A stretch of 64,000 nt of DNA from Pontiella sp. (GTDB lineage Bacteria; Verrucomicrobiota; Kiritimatiellia; Kiritimatiellales; Pontiellaceae), in NCBI GenBank assembly GCA_050290185.1, contig JBNKHE010000006.1, positions 64,001 to 128,000 of the forward strand. The letters run 5' to 3'. A program made the position numbers and the translations under genes. Below, one piece after another: positions 9,213 through 22,913 of the stretch. The notes under the pieces were generated by a model. That model ran no database searches and was not told the origin of the DNA. It worked only from the letters and a program-made list of their open reading frames with translations. Each line of letters opens with the position of its first letter. Positions within the stretch are counted from its first letter, which is position 1.

Positions 9213-10592
9213 CTACAGTTGCTTTAGATCCTTAACGATATACAGTTTCCCGTTTTCATACAGCTTCAACCGTTTCTTGAACTCCGCATACCCGGATCGA
9301 TTCCTGCCAACGACCTTTTCAAATCGACGCAACGCCATTCTTTGGGTCGCCACCGCCAGATCAAACTGATTATTGGCGGCGTAAGCGCGTGCCATAAGAT
9401 CCAGTAATCGCCGATCTTTTTCGTCCTTTTCCAGCGCCATCTTGGCATGCTCCACGGCCTTGGTGCCGTTGCGCACCGAAGGATCATTGGAGCAGGCATA
9501 AAGCATTACCAAAGACCTGCGTATTCCACACGGATCTTCTTCTCTCACCGCCATCTCATACCACGCCACCGCTTCCGACAATAGCCCGAGACTTTTGCAC
9601 GTGGACCCCATGTATGCTGCGGTGCCTCCACTCGTATCAAAGCTGGCATTGTAGAAAAACCTAACCCCGTCATTCAGCTCACGCACTTCTTCAGAGCTGA
9701 GCTCATGTTCAAACTGTTTGCGAACTGCTTTCATCCATTCAGACTGCTGTATGGCAGTTTCCGCCTTGCCACGCTTTTTGACCTCGTCCAGCGGCATCAC
9801 TTTCTTTTCCGATCGCGGTGGCTTCATATTTGAAAATGAAAAACCATCTTCCAACGCGGGGAGCTTATCATCCCAACTTACTAAACCATCCAGGCTTTCT
9901 GGATCGCAGATATCACGATACGTCGGCACGCCGCCAACGGAGGGTCCATGGATGCGGATCCAAATGCCCTTTATCCTGCATTCCCCCAATGGATCAGTAT
10001 CCTGGAAGACGTATTCATTCCCATTTTCGTCATAGAGCTTTTGCGGCCTATAATTATTGAATTCCTGAAAATCCCGTACGGTTCTAGTCCTCAGCTTCTG
10101 CTGGCTCTGGTCTTCCAATTGACCTGAATTGAGATGCCCGCCAACCACCCGCATTGAATCCTCAATCTCTGTGCGGCTGCTGGATAGTTCCATAAAATAG
10201 CGATACTCGATCTGCAATCCATCGATAGGCCCGCCGGACTGGTTCCATAACTTGATCTCATAGGACACAAATTCTGTATCGGCTCCAGCGCTTTGGACCT
10301 TCTTCTCTAGGCACACGCGCAGGGAACGTTCCGAGAGAATCCTATCGGCCTTGATCCATTCAAGGATATAGGCGCGATCGGCTTCGGAAAAAACATCGGG
10401 AGCCACCCAGACGCTTTGCCTGTCGCGCCGTTCGATTTTCAACAGCTTCCGATCCCGATCATACTCGACAATATTCGCGTCAATCATCCGGCCATCGACA
10501 CTTGTGAAGGTGTGGTATCCATCAATACCCGCAGCCTGCTTACCATATGCGAGCAAACCAAACATCATCATGGCGAGTGGCAACTTTTTCAT
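9213..10592 (-). CDS. Exported hypothetical protein with SHD1-like N-terminus and TPR-like C-terminus
   Basis: Signal peptide; [12 protein letters not shown]...FSEADRAYI resembles SHD1; C-terminal A..HA..A....D..ARAYAA...F..AV..Q helical repeats. Confidence 0.65.
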   Translation of the reverse strand: MKKLPLAMMMFGLLAYGKQAAGIDGYHTFTSVDGRMIDANIVEYDRDRKLLKIERRDRQSVWVAPDVFSEADRAYILEWIKADRILSERSLRVCLEKKVQSAGADTEFVSYEIKLWNQSGGPIDGLQIEYRYFMELSSSRTEIEDSMRVVGGHLNSGQLEDQSQQKLRTRTVRDFQEFNNYRPQKLYDENGNEYVFQDTDPLGECRIKGIWIRIHGPSVGGVPTYRDICDPESLDGLVSWDDKLPALEDGFSFSNMKPPRSEKKVMPLDEVKKRGKAETAIQQSEWMKAVRKQFEHELSSEEVRELNDGVRFFYNASFDTSGGTAAYMGSTCKSLGLLSEAVAWYEMAVREEDPCGIRRSLVMLYACSNDPSVRNGTKAVEHAKMALEKDEKDRRLLDLMARAYAANNQFDLAVATQRMALRRFEKVVGRNRSGYAEFKKRLKLYENGKLYIVKDLKQL

Positions 10593-10677
10593 GCATTCCC
10601 CCTGGGACTAATTCCAAAAACCGCGGGAAAGCATTGCACGATCAATCGATGCCTTCCAGACGCTTTTCGCCAAATGC

Positions 10678-11556
10678 TTATCTCCCGTATTCCCGTGCGA
10701 GGTCGTCGACGAGCTCGAGCATGAGGTCGCGGCGGACGGAGGATTTTCGCCAGAAGAGCGCGATGGTGCGTTCCGGGCCGCCGCCTTTGATTTTCAGGTA
10801 GTGGATGTGCGGATTGCGTACCGCAACACACTCGGGAATCAGGGAAACCGCCCGATTCATGGAAACCATCTGCAGCAGGGTTTCCATCGATGTGGCTCGA
10901 AAATCGAGCACTTCTCCCAAACCGACACTGGAACAGTAGTCGAGGGTCTGCCCGCGCAGGCAATGTCCCTCTTCGAGCAGTAGTAGTTTTTCCTTCCCCA
11001 GCCGGGAGGCATCGATGCTCTTCCGCTTTGCCAGCGGATGCTTTGGGGAAACTCCCACAAAAAACTCTTCGGAAAAAACGGCGCCGTGATCCAGATTGGG
11101 CTGGGCAACGGGTAGCGCAAGGAAGGCGGCATCTACAGAACCCGCCGTTAGACGCTCCTCGAGGATATGGGTCTTTTCCTCAACCAGGTTAAACTGCAGG
11201 TTCGGATAGGCATCGGTAAAATGGTCGATGATCTTTGGGAAGTAGTACGGCGCCAGCGTCGGAAAGGCCCCGATGGAAAGCTGCCCCGAATAGGGATCGT
11301 TCCAAAGCTCCGCCAGGTCTTCGATTTCACCCACCTGCTGCATGATGGAACGCGCGCGTTTCAGCACCTCTTCCCCGGCGGGTGTAAAGAAGAACTCCTT
11401 ATGGCCGCGCTCCAGCAATTGAATCCCCAGCTCATCTTCGGTTTTCTTAATCTGGATGCTCAATGCGGGTTGGCTGACGTTGCACGCTTCCGCCGCACGG
11501 TGGAAACCGCCGTGTTGTTCCAGCGCCAGCAGATACTCGAAACTCCGTAGATTCAT
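10678..11556 (-). CDS. oxyR: H2O2-sensing LysR regulator OxyR
   Basis: LysR HTH; LLEEGHCLRGQTLDYC carries both redox cysteines; divergent from ahpC. Confidence 0.95.
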   Translation of the reverse strand: MNLRSFEYLLALEQHGGFHRAAEACNVSQPALSIQIKKTEDELGIQLLERGHKEFFFTPAGEEVLKRARSIMQQVGEIEDLAELWNDPYSGQLSIGAFPTLAPYYFPKIIDHFTDAYPNLQFNLVEEKTHILEERLTAGSVDAAFLALPVAQPNLDHGAVFSEEFFVGVSPKHPLAKRKSIDASRLGKEKLLLLEEGHCLRGQTLDYCSSVGLGEVLDFRATSMETLLQMVSMNRAVSLIPECVAVRNPHIHYLKIKGGGPERTIALFWRKSSVRRDLMLELVDDLAREYGR

Positions 11557-11569
11557 TCGCGAATGATCG

Positions 11570-11606
11570 ATAACTTATATTAATCATTCCAGTAAATTCT
11601 ATAAAT
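11570..11606. promoter_or_regulatory. Putative OxyR binding site
   Basis: ATAA-N7-TAAT-N7-GTAA-N7-AAAT follows the ATAG-N7-CTAT-N7-ATAG-N7-CTAT spacing, in the oxyR/ahpC intergenic region. Confidence 0.7.
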
Positions 11607-11679
11607 TTTACAACATTCCGGTTCTGCGGCACATTTGTGCGTATCGAAAGAAACCAAGTAACAAACCAAGGAGATAAAA

Positions 11680-12243
11680 ATGATCAAGATTGGACAGGAA
11701 GTCCCCGAATTCAAGATGGCCGCATTTCAGAATGATGAGATCAAAGACATCAAACTGTCGGACTACAAGGGGAAATGGGTGGTCGTGGTGTTCTACCCCG
11801 CCGACTTTACCTTCGTCTGCCCGACCGAGTTGGAGGAAGTTGCCAACCTCTACCCGCAGTTCCAGGCCGCCGGCGCGGAAGTCATCTCCGTCAGTACCGA
11901 CACGGCCTTTGTGCACAAGGCTTGGCACGACGAGTCGCCGGCCATCGGCAAGGTCGACTACCTGATGGGTGCCGATCCGACCGGAACGGTCAGCAAGCTG
12001 TTCGGCGTCTACATCGAAGAAGAAGGTCTGGCCCTGCGCGGCACCTTCATCATCGATCCCAACGGCGTACTGAAGACCGCCGAAGTACACGACCTCGGTA
12101 TTGGCCGCAGCGCTGCGGAAGCCCTCCGCAAGCTGGAAGCCGCCAAGTTTGTGCATGAACACGGCGACCAGGTATGCCCGGCCAACTGGCAACCCGGTGC
12201 CGATACGCTCAAGCCCGGACTGGATCTGGTCGGAAAAATCTAG
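11680..12243 (+). CDS. ahpC: Alkyl hydroperoxide reductase subunit C (2-Cys peroxiredoxin)
   Basis: FYPADFTFVCPTE, VCPANW, C-terminal LDLVGKI; AAGGAG RBS. Confidence 0.98.
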   Translation: MIKIGQEVPEFKMAAFQNDEIKDIKLSDYKGKWVVVVFYPADFTFVCPTELEEVANLYPQFQAAGAEVISVSTDTAFVHKAWHDESPAIGKVDYLMGADPTGTVSKLFGVYIEEEGLALRGTFIIDPNGVLKTAEVHDLGIGRSAAEALRKLEAAKFVHEHGDQVCPANWQPGADTLKPGLDLVGKI

Positions 12244-12256
12244 AAAAACCAAAAAA

Positions 12257-12308
12257 TGGAGGGACAGCGTCCTCGCTGTCCACGGCCGCCGAGGACGGCG
12301 GCCCTCCA
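12257..12308. repeat. REP-like palindromic element, copy 2, between ahpC and ahpF
   Basis: TGGAGGGACAGCGTCCTCGCTGTCCACGGCCGCCGAGGACGGCGGCCCTCCA, flanked by A and T runs. Confidence 0.65.
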
Positions 12309-12330
12309 TTTTTCTCTCAGGAGAAGACTC

Positions 12331-16163
<3,833 letters not shown>

Positions 16164-16196
16164 ACAGGCGGACAGCAGCAACGGAATAAGCGAACG

Positions 16197-17678
16197 CTAC
16201 CGCATCCCATAGCGGTAGCGTTCCATTTCGCTGAAGAAATGTTCCATGACCCGCATGTAGCAGAGCTTTCCCAAATGGTGGTCTTCGATGCCTGAGTCGA
16301 TATTGGGATTATCGTTGACCTCGATGACGGTAAAGCGGTCTCCACTCTGCTTGATATCCACGCCATAGAGCCCATTACCGATCAGGCTGCACGCCTTGAC
16401 CGCCAGCTTGATAGCTTCGGCCGGGGCCTGCTCAATCGCCATGGTCTCGAAACCGCCAGAGCGTTGAGAGCTTTTGGCCGAGTGGTTGTAGATCTGCCAG
16501 TGCCCGGTCGACATGAAATATTTGCAGGCGAATAGCGGCCGCCCACCCAGCACACCGATCCGCCAGTCAAAATCGGTGTACATGAACTCCTGCGCCAGCA
16601 CGAGAACCGACGACAGGAACAATTCCTTGGCTCGCACTCTCATTTCATCCATTGACGAAGCCTTGTATACGCCGCGTGAAAAGGAGCCGTCGGGAATCTT
16701 AAGGACCAGCGGAAAACCCAGCAGGTCGGCAGCGCGTTCCAAGGCGGAGCTCTGGTCGCGGTAGAGAATTTCCGTTCGCGGTGTAGCCAGTTCGTTTTCG
16801 CGCAGCAGTTCAGCCAGATATACTTTGTTGGCGCACTTGAGGATCGAGTTGGGATCATCGATGACCGGCATGTGAGCGAATTCGGCCTTTTGAGCAAACT
16901 GGTAGGTGTGGTGGTCGACCGCCGTGGTTTCGCGAATAAACAGTGCGTCGTATTCCGTCAGGCGCGGATAATCCCGCTTAGCGATGATTTCCGTATCGAT
17001 CCCGACCTGCCGCCCCGCTTGCACAAAGTTTTCGAGCGCCTTTTTGTTGCTGGGCGGGAACGCCTCCAGCGGATCAACCAGCATGGCAAGATCGTAGGCG
17101 AAGCGTTTTTTACGACGGGGACGACGCCAGACCTTGCCGCTGAAATGGTCGAGTGCAGCGGCAAATTCGTCCTGTTGCATCCCTACCAGCTGATGGATCG
17201 ACAACGGCTTCACGCTTTCGATGGCCCACGTTTCCTGTACGCGCTTGAAACCTATTTTCAGGATCGGGCAGGCAAAGAGTTCGAATACTTGTCGGGCCAG
17301 CCCCTGCAGCTCCTCTACCGAAGTGGTTCCGAAATAGATCTGCAGATCGTATGTATCGAGCGCAACCAGTCCCATCGTCTTCTTTTTCTGCAGCATTTTA
17401 TCAAGCGCCGAGAGGCCCAGCGTATACATGCGCCGCCGGCTCAGGTCGTTGATGGTGCGGACCGACGGAATCACACGGTCGCCGCGCGCTTCCGCCAGCA
17501 GCGAGCAGTAATAGCCTTTGCCAAGATATTTGTAGTCCCGGCACAGATTGATTACCTGCGTCGGAAGATCCGGGCAGGGATCGGAGCCGAGGTATTCCTC
17601 GGCCGAGATAAGATTGTCGCTGGGATAGTACGGACTCCAGTCTTCAACCTGATCGACCACGATGAATGGCGTCGACAT
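16197..17678 (-). CDS. RimK-family ATP-grasp ligase with N-terminal RLAN domain
   Basis: VINLCRDYKYLGKGYYCSLLAEARG (RLAN-type); ALFIRETT, LKIPDGSFSRGV, DWRIG, YGVD, EVNDNPN (ATP-grasp). Confidence 0.9.
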   Translation of the reverse strand: MSTPFIVVDQVEDWSPYYPSDNLISAEEYLGSDPCPDLPTQVINLCRDYKYLGKGYYCSLLAEARGDRVIPSVRTINDLSRRRMYTLGLSALDKMLQKKKTMGLVALDTYDLQIYFGTTSVEELQGLARQVFELFACPILKIGFKRVQETWAIESVKPLSIHQLVGMQQDEFAAALDHFSGKVWRRPRRKKRFAYDLAMLVDPLEAFPPSNKKALENFVQAGRQVGIDTEIIAKRDYPRLTEYDALFIRETTAVDHHTYQFAQKAEFAHMPVIDDPNSILKCANKVYLAELLRENELATPRTEILYRDQSSALERAADLLGFPLVLKIPDGSFSRGVYKASSMDEMRVRAKELFLSSVLVLAQEFMYTDFDWRIGVLGGRPLFACKYFMSTGHWQIYNHSAKSSQRSGGFETMAIEQAPAEAIKLAVKACSLIGNGLYGVDIKQSGDRFTVIEVNDNPNIDSGIEDHHLGKLCYMRVMEHFFSEMERYRYGMR

Positions 17679-17681
17679 TGT

Positions 17682-18149
17682 TTAGAGCAACTCTTTCCGC
17701 ATCACGAAAGCATGCGCGCCGTCATCATAGTAGCCGGGCAGTACCGCCGTGTCAGTGAACCCGAGATGTTCATAGAGACGGATGGCAGGGATGTTGTCCA
17801 TGCGCACTTCGAGCCGCATGCGCTCGCACCCCCGCATCCGGGCTTCTTGCTCGGCCTTGACCATCATTCGGCGGCCAATCCCCAGCCCTCGCGCCTCAAC
17901 CGAAACCGCCAGCGAATAGACCCGCGCCGAACGCGAGTTGCTCTTGAACAGGATCACCATGCTGCCCACAAGCTCGCCGCGCTGGTATGCTCCCACGCAA
18001 TAGGCGCTGGGCGAACGCAACAGGTTGCGCAGGTTGCGCCGGCTTATCTTGTCCGTGGTAAAACACGCCTCTTCCAAGGCGAGCAGGTCATCGGTTCGGT
18101 TCAAGCCAACACGGCGTAAAACCGCATCGGCACATAGGGTCGGGCTCAT
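17682..18149 (-). CDS. GNAT (RimI-like) N-acetyltransferase
   Basis: ARVYSLAV...RGLGIG, LEVR.DN..AI.LY..LGF, YY.DG motifs. Confidence 0.9.
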   Translation of the reverse strand: MSPTLCADAVLRRVGLNRTDDLLALEEACFTTDKISRRNLRNLLRSPSAYCVGAYQRGELVGSMVILFKSNSRSARVYSLAVSVEARGLGIGRRMMVKAEQEARMRGCERMRLEVRMDNIPAIRLYEHLGFTDTAVLPGYYDDGAHAFVMRKELL

Positions 18150-18329
18150 GGATTCCTGGATTTTAAAATTCAGTCGCTATATAGCTCCAACCCGCACCGC
18201 TGTATACATAAATTGAGTGGAATTTTACCTCTTGCCTAAATGCCCTGAAAAACCGTGGTGTCCGCTAATGTGGACGAGGTTTCCAGCCTCGTTGGTTATG
18301 ATCAAAAGGAAGATGCTCCGCCTACCCTC

Positions 18330-18360
18330 AAAAAAAGGCGGCCCGTTTCCGAGCCGCCTT
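18330..18360 (-). terminator. Intrinsic terminator after yebC
   Basis: A7 followed by a GGCGGC...GCCGCC stem. Confidence 0.7.
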
Positions 18361-18388
18361 CTCAATGCCAACCTAACTCCCGAATATG

Positions 18389-19144
18389 CTATTCCGCTTC
18401 GAGCTGCGCGGCGATTTCGTCGGAAATATCAAAGTTGGTATAGACGTCCTGCACATCGTCCAGTTCTTCGAGCGTTTCGACGAACTTCATGATGGACTGG
18501 GCCTGGCCGATCTCGGTGACCTCGACCACCAGATCGGGGATCAGGGTGATCTCGGATTCGGCCATGTCGATGCCCGCATTGGTAATGGCATCGGAAACCG
18601 CATCGAAATCATTCGGATCGGTGATGACTTCGAATTGATCTCCATCCGTCTTCAAATCCTCGGCACCGGCATCAAGCGCGAGCTCCATCAGGGTTTCCTC
18701 ATCGGTTTTGTCCTTGTCGATGAAGATCTGACCCTTGCGCTGAAACATACGGCTGACTGCACCCTGATCGGCCATGTTGGCATTGGCCTTGGTAAAAGCG
18801 TGCCGTACTTCGGCAATTGAGCGGTTCTTGTTGTCGGTAAGCACCTTGACTACCACGGCAATGCCGCCGGCAGCGTACCCTTCGTAGGAACCCTCCTCCA
18901 GCTTTCCGCCTTCGAGTTCGCCCGTCCCCTTCTTAATGGCGCGCTCGATGTTTTCCTTCGGCATGCTGACGCCTTTGGCTTTCTGCACCAGCGCGCGCAG
19001 CGTGATGTTGTCGTCGGGATTGCCGCCCCCTGCAGATGCCGCCACCATGATTTCCTTGGCGATCTTACTGAAAACCTTGCCACGGGCCGCATCGGCTTTG
19101 CCCTTCTTATGCTTGATGTTTGCCCATTTACTATGTCCTGCCAT
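18389..19144 (-). CDS. yebC: YebC/PmpR family protein
   Basis: MAGHSKWANIKHKK, YEGY, TDNKNR, DDVQDVYTN; GGAGG RBS. Confidence 0.96.
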   Translation of the reverse strand: MAGHSKWANIKHKKGKADAARGKVFSKIAKEIMVAASAGGGNPDDNITLRALVQKAKGVSMPKENIERAIKKGTGELEGGKLEEGSYEGYAAGGIAVVVKVLTDNKNRSIAEVRHAFTKANANMADQGAVSRMFQRKGQIFIDKDKTDEETLMELALDAGAEDLKTDGDQFEVITDPNDFDAVSDAITNAGIDMAESEITLIPDLVVEVTEIGQAQSIMKFVETLEELDDVQDVYTNFDISDEIAAQLEAE

Positions 19145-19204
19145 TGTTCTAAACCTCCATATTGCTTGCGTGAAACGTGATTTCCACGCATCACGGCTCA
19201 ATCG

Positions 19205-20419
19205 TCACTTTTTAATCGCTACCTTCGCGAAGCCGCGCTTTCCGGAACGGATGATCATGCCGTCTTCGGGAACGATCTCTGCGCGCTCATCGCTGATTTT
19301 TTCGTCGTTAATCCTTACCGCGCCCTGCTTAACGAGACGGCGGGCCTCGCCATTGCTCTTGGCGAGCTTTGCCAGCACCATTAAATTCAAGAGACCGATC
19401 ATCTCCACGCCGGCAGGCACGTCCACTTCCGGAATATCATCCGGAAGTTCCTTCTGCGCAAAGATGCGCGTAAATTCTTCCGAGGCATTTCGGGCCTCTT
19501 CCGCACCAATGAAGCGGCTCACGACTTCCTGGCCGAGCATATCCTTAACGGCGCGCGGATGCAGTTCGCCGCCAGCCACCTTGGCGTGCATGTCCTGCAC
19601 CTTTTCCTTCGGCCAGCAGAGGATGTATTCAAAATATTTCCACATCAGGTCGTCCGGCACGCTCATGAGCTTGCCGTACATATCGCGCGCGGACTCGTTG
19701 ATCCCGACATAGTTGTTGAGGCTCTTGCTCATTTTCTGGACGCCGTCGAGGCCTTCGATGAGCGGAAGCGTCAACACGCACTGCGGCTCCTGCCCCATCA
19801 CCTTCTGCAACTCCCGGCCGAGCAGAAGATTGAAGAGCTGGTCGGTGCCACCGAGTTCGATGTCGGCTTCGAGCATGACGGAGTCGTAGGCCTGTACGAG
19901 CGGATAGAGAAACTCCACGATCGAGATGGGCTGGTTGGCGGCATAGCGCTTGGAAAAGTCGTCGCGCGCAAGCATTTGCGCCACGGTGACATGCGCGGAG
20001 AGGCGGATGACGTCCTCGAACGACATCCGGGCACACCATTCGGAATTAAAGCGGACTTCGGTCTTTTCCGGATCCAGAATCTTGAAGATCTGCTCCTGGT
20101 AGCTCTTTGCATTGACCTGCACCTGCTCGCGGGTAAGCGGCTTGCGGGTTTGCGAGCGCCCGGAGGGATCGCCAATCATGCCGGTAAAGTCGCCGATCAG
20201 AAAAACGACGGTATGGCCGGCGTCCTGAAATTCGCGCAGCTTGTTCAGCCCGACCACATGGCCCAGATGAATGTCCGGCGCGGACGGATCGGCGCCGTAC
20301 TTGATCCGAAGGCCGCGACCCTCGGACTGCGCCTTTTCGAGCTTTTTCTTAAGATCGTCGCGGTTAATGAAATCGACCGCGCGCGCCGAAAGAAAATCGA
20401 GTTGTTCTTCAATGTTCAT
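19205..20419 (-). CDS. tyrS: Tyrosine--tRNA ligase
   Basis: [24 protein letters not shown]-terminal S4 domain. Start could be 20428. Confidence 0.97.
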   Translation of the reverse strand: MNIEEQLDFLSARAVDFINRDDLKKKLEKAQSEGRGLRIKYGADPSAPDIHLGHVVGLNKLREFQDAGHTVVFLIGDFTGMIGDPSGRSQTRKPLTREQVQVNAKSYQEQIFKILDPEKTEVRFNSEWCARMSFEDVIRLSAHVTVAQMLARDDFSKRYAANQPISIVEFLYPLVQAYDSVMLEADIELGGTDQLFNLLLGRELQKVMGQEPQCVLTLPLIEGLDGVQKMSKSLNNYVGINESARDMYGKLMSVPDDLMWKYFEYILCWPKEKVQDMHAKVAGGELHPRAVKDMLGQEVVSRFIGAEEARNASEEFTRIFAQKELPDDIPEVDVPAGVEMIGLLNLMVLAKLAKSNGEARRLVKQGAVRINDEKISDERAEIVPEDGMIIRSGKRGFAKVAIKK

Positions 20420-20495
20420 TGCAATCATCCTGCTATTGGCCCTTGAGCCCGATTGAGAAAGCGGATATTGAGCCACAGAACCGCTGGAAAGTCAC

Positions 20496-20529
20496 AAAAA
20501 AACCTGCCCGGAAATCGGGCAGGCTTTTT
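20496..20529 (-). terminator. Intrinsic, probably bidirectional, terminator after rpsA
   Basis: A7-CCTGCCCG-GAAAT-CGGGCAGG-CTTTTT. Confidence 0.8.
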
Positions 20530-20546
20530 CGCTAAAGAAGTTAAGG

Positions 20547-22280
20547 CTATTCGCCGCCCTTCTTGTCGCCGGGATGCCATTCTTCGAGGGCATCGCCAAA
20601 GGCGTTGTCGAATGCAGATCCGAGATCGACGAGCTCGGAACCGGGTTGCAGCCCTTCGAGCATGTCTTCGCGGACTTCAAACTCGTCGTCTTCGACCTTG
20701 GCAGCCTTGACGCTGAGTCCGATGCGGTGTTCGACCGGATCAACCTTTACAACGCGGGCTTCGATGGTGTCGCCGACGTTCAGGACATCCTTGACACGCT
20801 CTACGTGCTCGTCGGAGATCTGGCTGATATGCACGAGGCCATCGATGCCTTCCTCGATTTCAACGAATGCGCCGAACGAGGAGATCTTCGTAACGATACC
20901 GCTGACCTTGGCGCCGATCGGATAACGATCGACAATACCGGCCCACGGATCGTCCTGAGCCTGCTTGAGGCCGAGGCTGATGCGCTGGTTGTTGGAGTCG
21001 ATTTCGAGAACAACGGTTTCGACTTCGTCGCCCTTCTTGAGGACTTCGGAAGGATGATTCACCTTGCGGGTCCAGGACATGTCGGACACGTGGATCATGC
21101 CGTCAACGCCTTCTTCCAGTTCGACGAATGCGCCGTAGGAGGTGAAGTTGCGGACCTTGCCGGTAACCAGCGATCCGATCGGATACTTGCCAGCCACGAC
21201 TTCCCACGGGTTTTCTTCGGTCTGGCGCATGCCGAGCGAGATTTTCTTGTCGTCAGTACTGACCGACAGAACAACGGCATCGACTTCGTCGCCAACATTG
21301 AGGACGTCGGCGGCGCGCTGAATGCGCTTGGTCCAGGACATTTCGGATACGTGAACCAGACCTTCGACGCCTTCTTCGAGCTCAACAAAGGCTCCGTACG
21401 GTGCGAGGTTGACCACCTTGCCGTGTACGCGGGCTCCGATCGGATAGCGGGCTTCGATTTCTTCCCACGGATTGTCCATGGTCTGCTTGAGGCCGAGGCT
21501 GATGCGTTCCTTTTCGAGATCGATATCGAGGATCATCACTTCAAGTTCATCGCCCACCTTCAGCAGTTCGGAAGGATGGTTGATGCGGCCCCAGGTCATG
21601 TCGGTGACATGCAGCAGGCCGTCGATGCCGTCGAGGTCAACGAAGGCACCGAAATCGGTGATGTTCTTGACTTGTCCCTTGCGGAGTTCGCCAACCTGGA
21701 TTTCCGCCAGGATCTTGCGGCGGGATTCGCGGCGGGACTCTTCGATGAGTTCGCGGCGGGAAACGACGATATTCTTGCGCTCAAGGTTGATCTTGAGAAT
21801 GCGGAACTGATAGGTCTTGCCCATGTGTTCGTCGGGATTGCGGACCGGAACGACGTCCAGCTGTGAGCCGGGAAGGAACGCGTCCACGCCGACGTCGACA
21901 ATGAAGCCGCCCTTGACGATATTCTTGATGGTTCCTTCGACGAGGCTGCCTTCGGAGCATTCGTTGACTACGTAGTCCCACGCACGCTGCTGCTCTGCAC
22001 GGCGCTTGCTGATGACGATCATGCCGTCGCGATCCTCGAGCTGTTCGAGGAATACTTCGACTTCCTGACCGATCGGATCTTCTTCGAGATCCTTGAATTC
22101 CTGAACCGGCACGATGCCTTCGGATTTGTATCCGATGTCGATGAGCACGTCGCCATCGTGGACACTAAGGATTTTGCCGGAGACGATGGACCCTTCGGTG
22201 AAGTTCTTGAGGGTTTCGTCGTACATTGCTTCCATGGCTGCGTTATCCACACCCAGGTCTGTGTTGGTTGTTGATTCCAT
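20547..22280 (-). CDS. rpsA: 30S ribosomal protein S1
   Basis: Six S1 repeats (GAFV.L..G.DGL.H.S); DIGYKSEG. Start taken at MESTTNT. Confidence 0.97.
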   Translation of the reverse strand: MESTTNTDLGVDNAAMEAMYDETLKNFTEGSIVSGKILSVHDGDVLIDIGYKSEGIVPVQEFKDLEEDPIGQEVEVFLEQLEDRDGMIVISKRRAEQQRAWDYVVNECSEGSLVEGTIKNIVKGGFIVDVGVDAFLPGSQLDVVPVRNPDEHMGKTYQFRILKINLERKNIVVSRRELIEESRRESRRKILAEIQVGELRKGQVKNITDFGAFVDLDGIDGLLHVTDMTWGRINHPSELLKVGDELEVMILDIDLEKERISLGLKQTMDNPWEEIEARYPIGARVHGKVVNLAPYGAFVELEEGVEGLVHVSEMSWTKRIQRAADVLNVGDEVDAVVLSVSTDDKKISLGMRQTEENPWEVVAGKYPIGSLVTGKVRNFTSYGAFVELEEGVDGMIHVSDMSWTRKVNHPSEVLKKGDEVETVVLEIDSNNQRISLGLKQAQDDPWAGIVDRYPIGAKVSGIVTKISSFGAFVEIEEGIDGLVHISQISDEHVERVKDVLNVGDTIEARVVKVDPVEHRIGLSVKAAKVEDDEFEVREDMLEGLQPGSELVDLGSAFDNAFGDALEEWHPGDKKGGE

Positions 22281-22913
22281 ATTCAAAGCGGGAACACGCG
22301 CTCCCTGACCTTTTTCTTTTTGTTTATAACAGTTAGAGAAAGCGTCCAGCCACTTGCCGGAGACACACCTTCCCTTAAATGAGCGCGTCATAATAGACGT
22401 ATCCACCTGTCATGCAAGGGATAAATGGATGAAAACAACGGCCGTTTTAGCCCGGATGTATTCCGTAAAGCCGAACCTAATCGGGAAGAAGGGATCGTTT
22501 TTCCCTGCATCTGTATTGAGCGGGAGTGGATCGATGGAGCTAGGCAAGGAGAAGGAGAGTTTGCCAGAAGGCTTGCGGTCTTTAACGGCCCTGCCCTTCC
22601 GCGCCCGGAAGCTAGGCGGCGGCAAAGACACCAGACCGGCCCAGAATATCGTTGATGATCGTTGGGCAGCCAGGAATCAGAACCGTCACGACCGAACTGC
22701 AACGGCAACACCGTTCACAACCTTCGCAATCATCCACCTTCCTTTGAGGATCATTCCCGTAAAACCTATGTGTTGGAGCTTATACATGAGCCTCAATGGG
22801 TTCTAAAAAAAAACTTCCCCCCGGAACCCACACGCTATGCATGAACCAATTCTATTGACCGGAAGCATGGCATTTCTCATACTTTGTTCGAAAACCTACC
22901 GGGGAGAAAAATC

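Noticed and set aside
22612..22660. tmRNA, suggested by a minus-strand frame ending GVFAAA-stop
   Set aside because: No GGGG 5' end, T-arm or CCA acceptor end found nearby.
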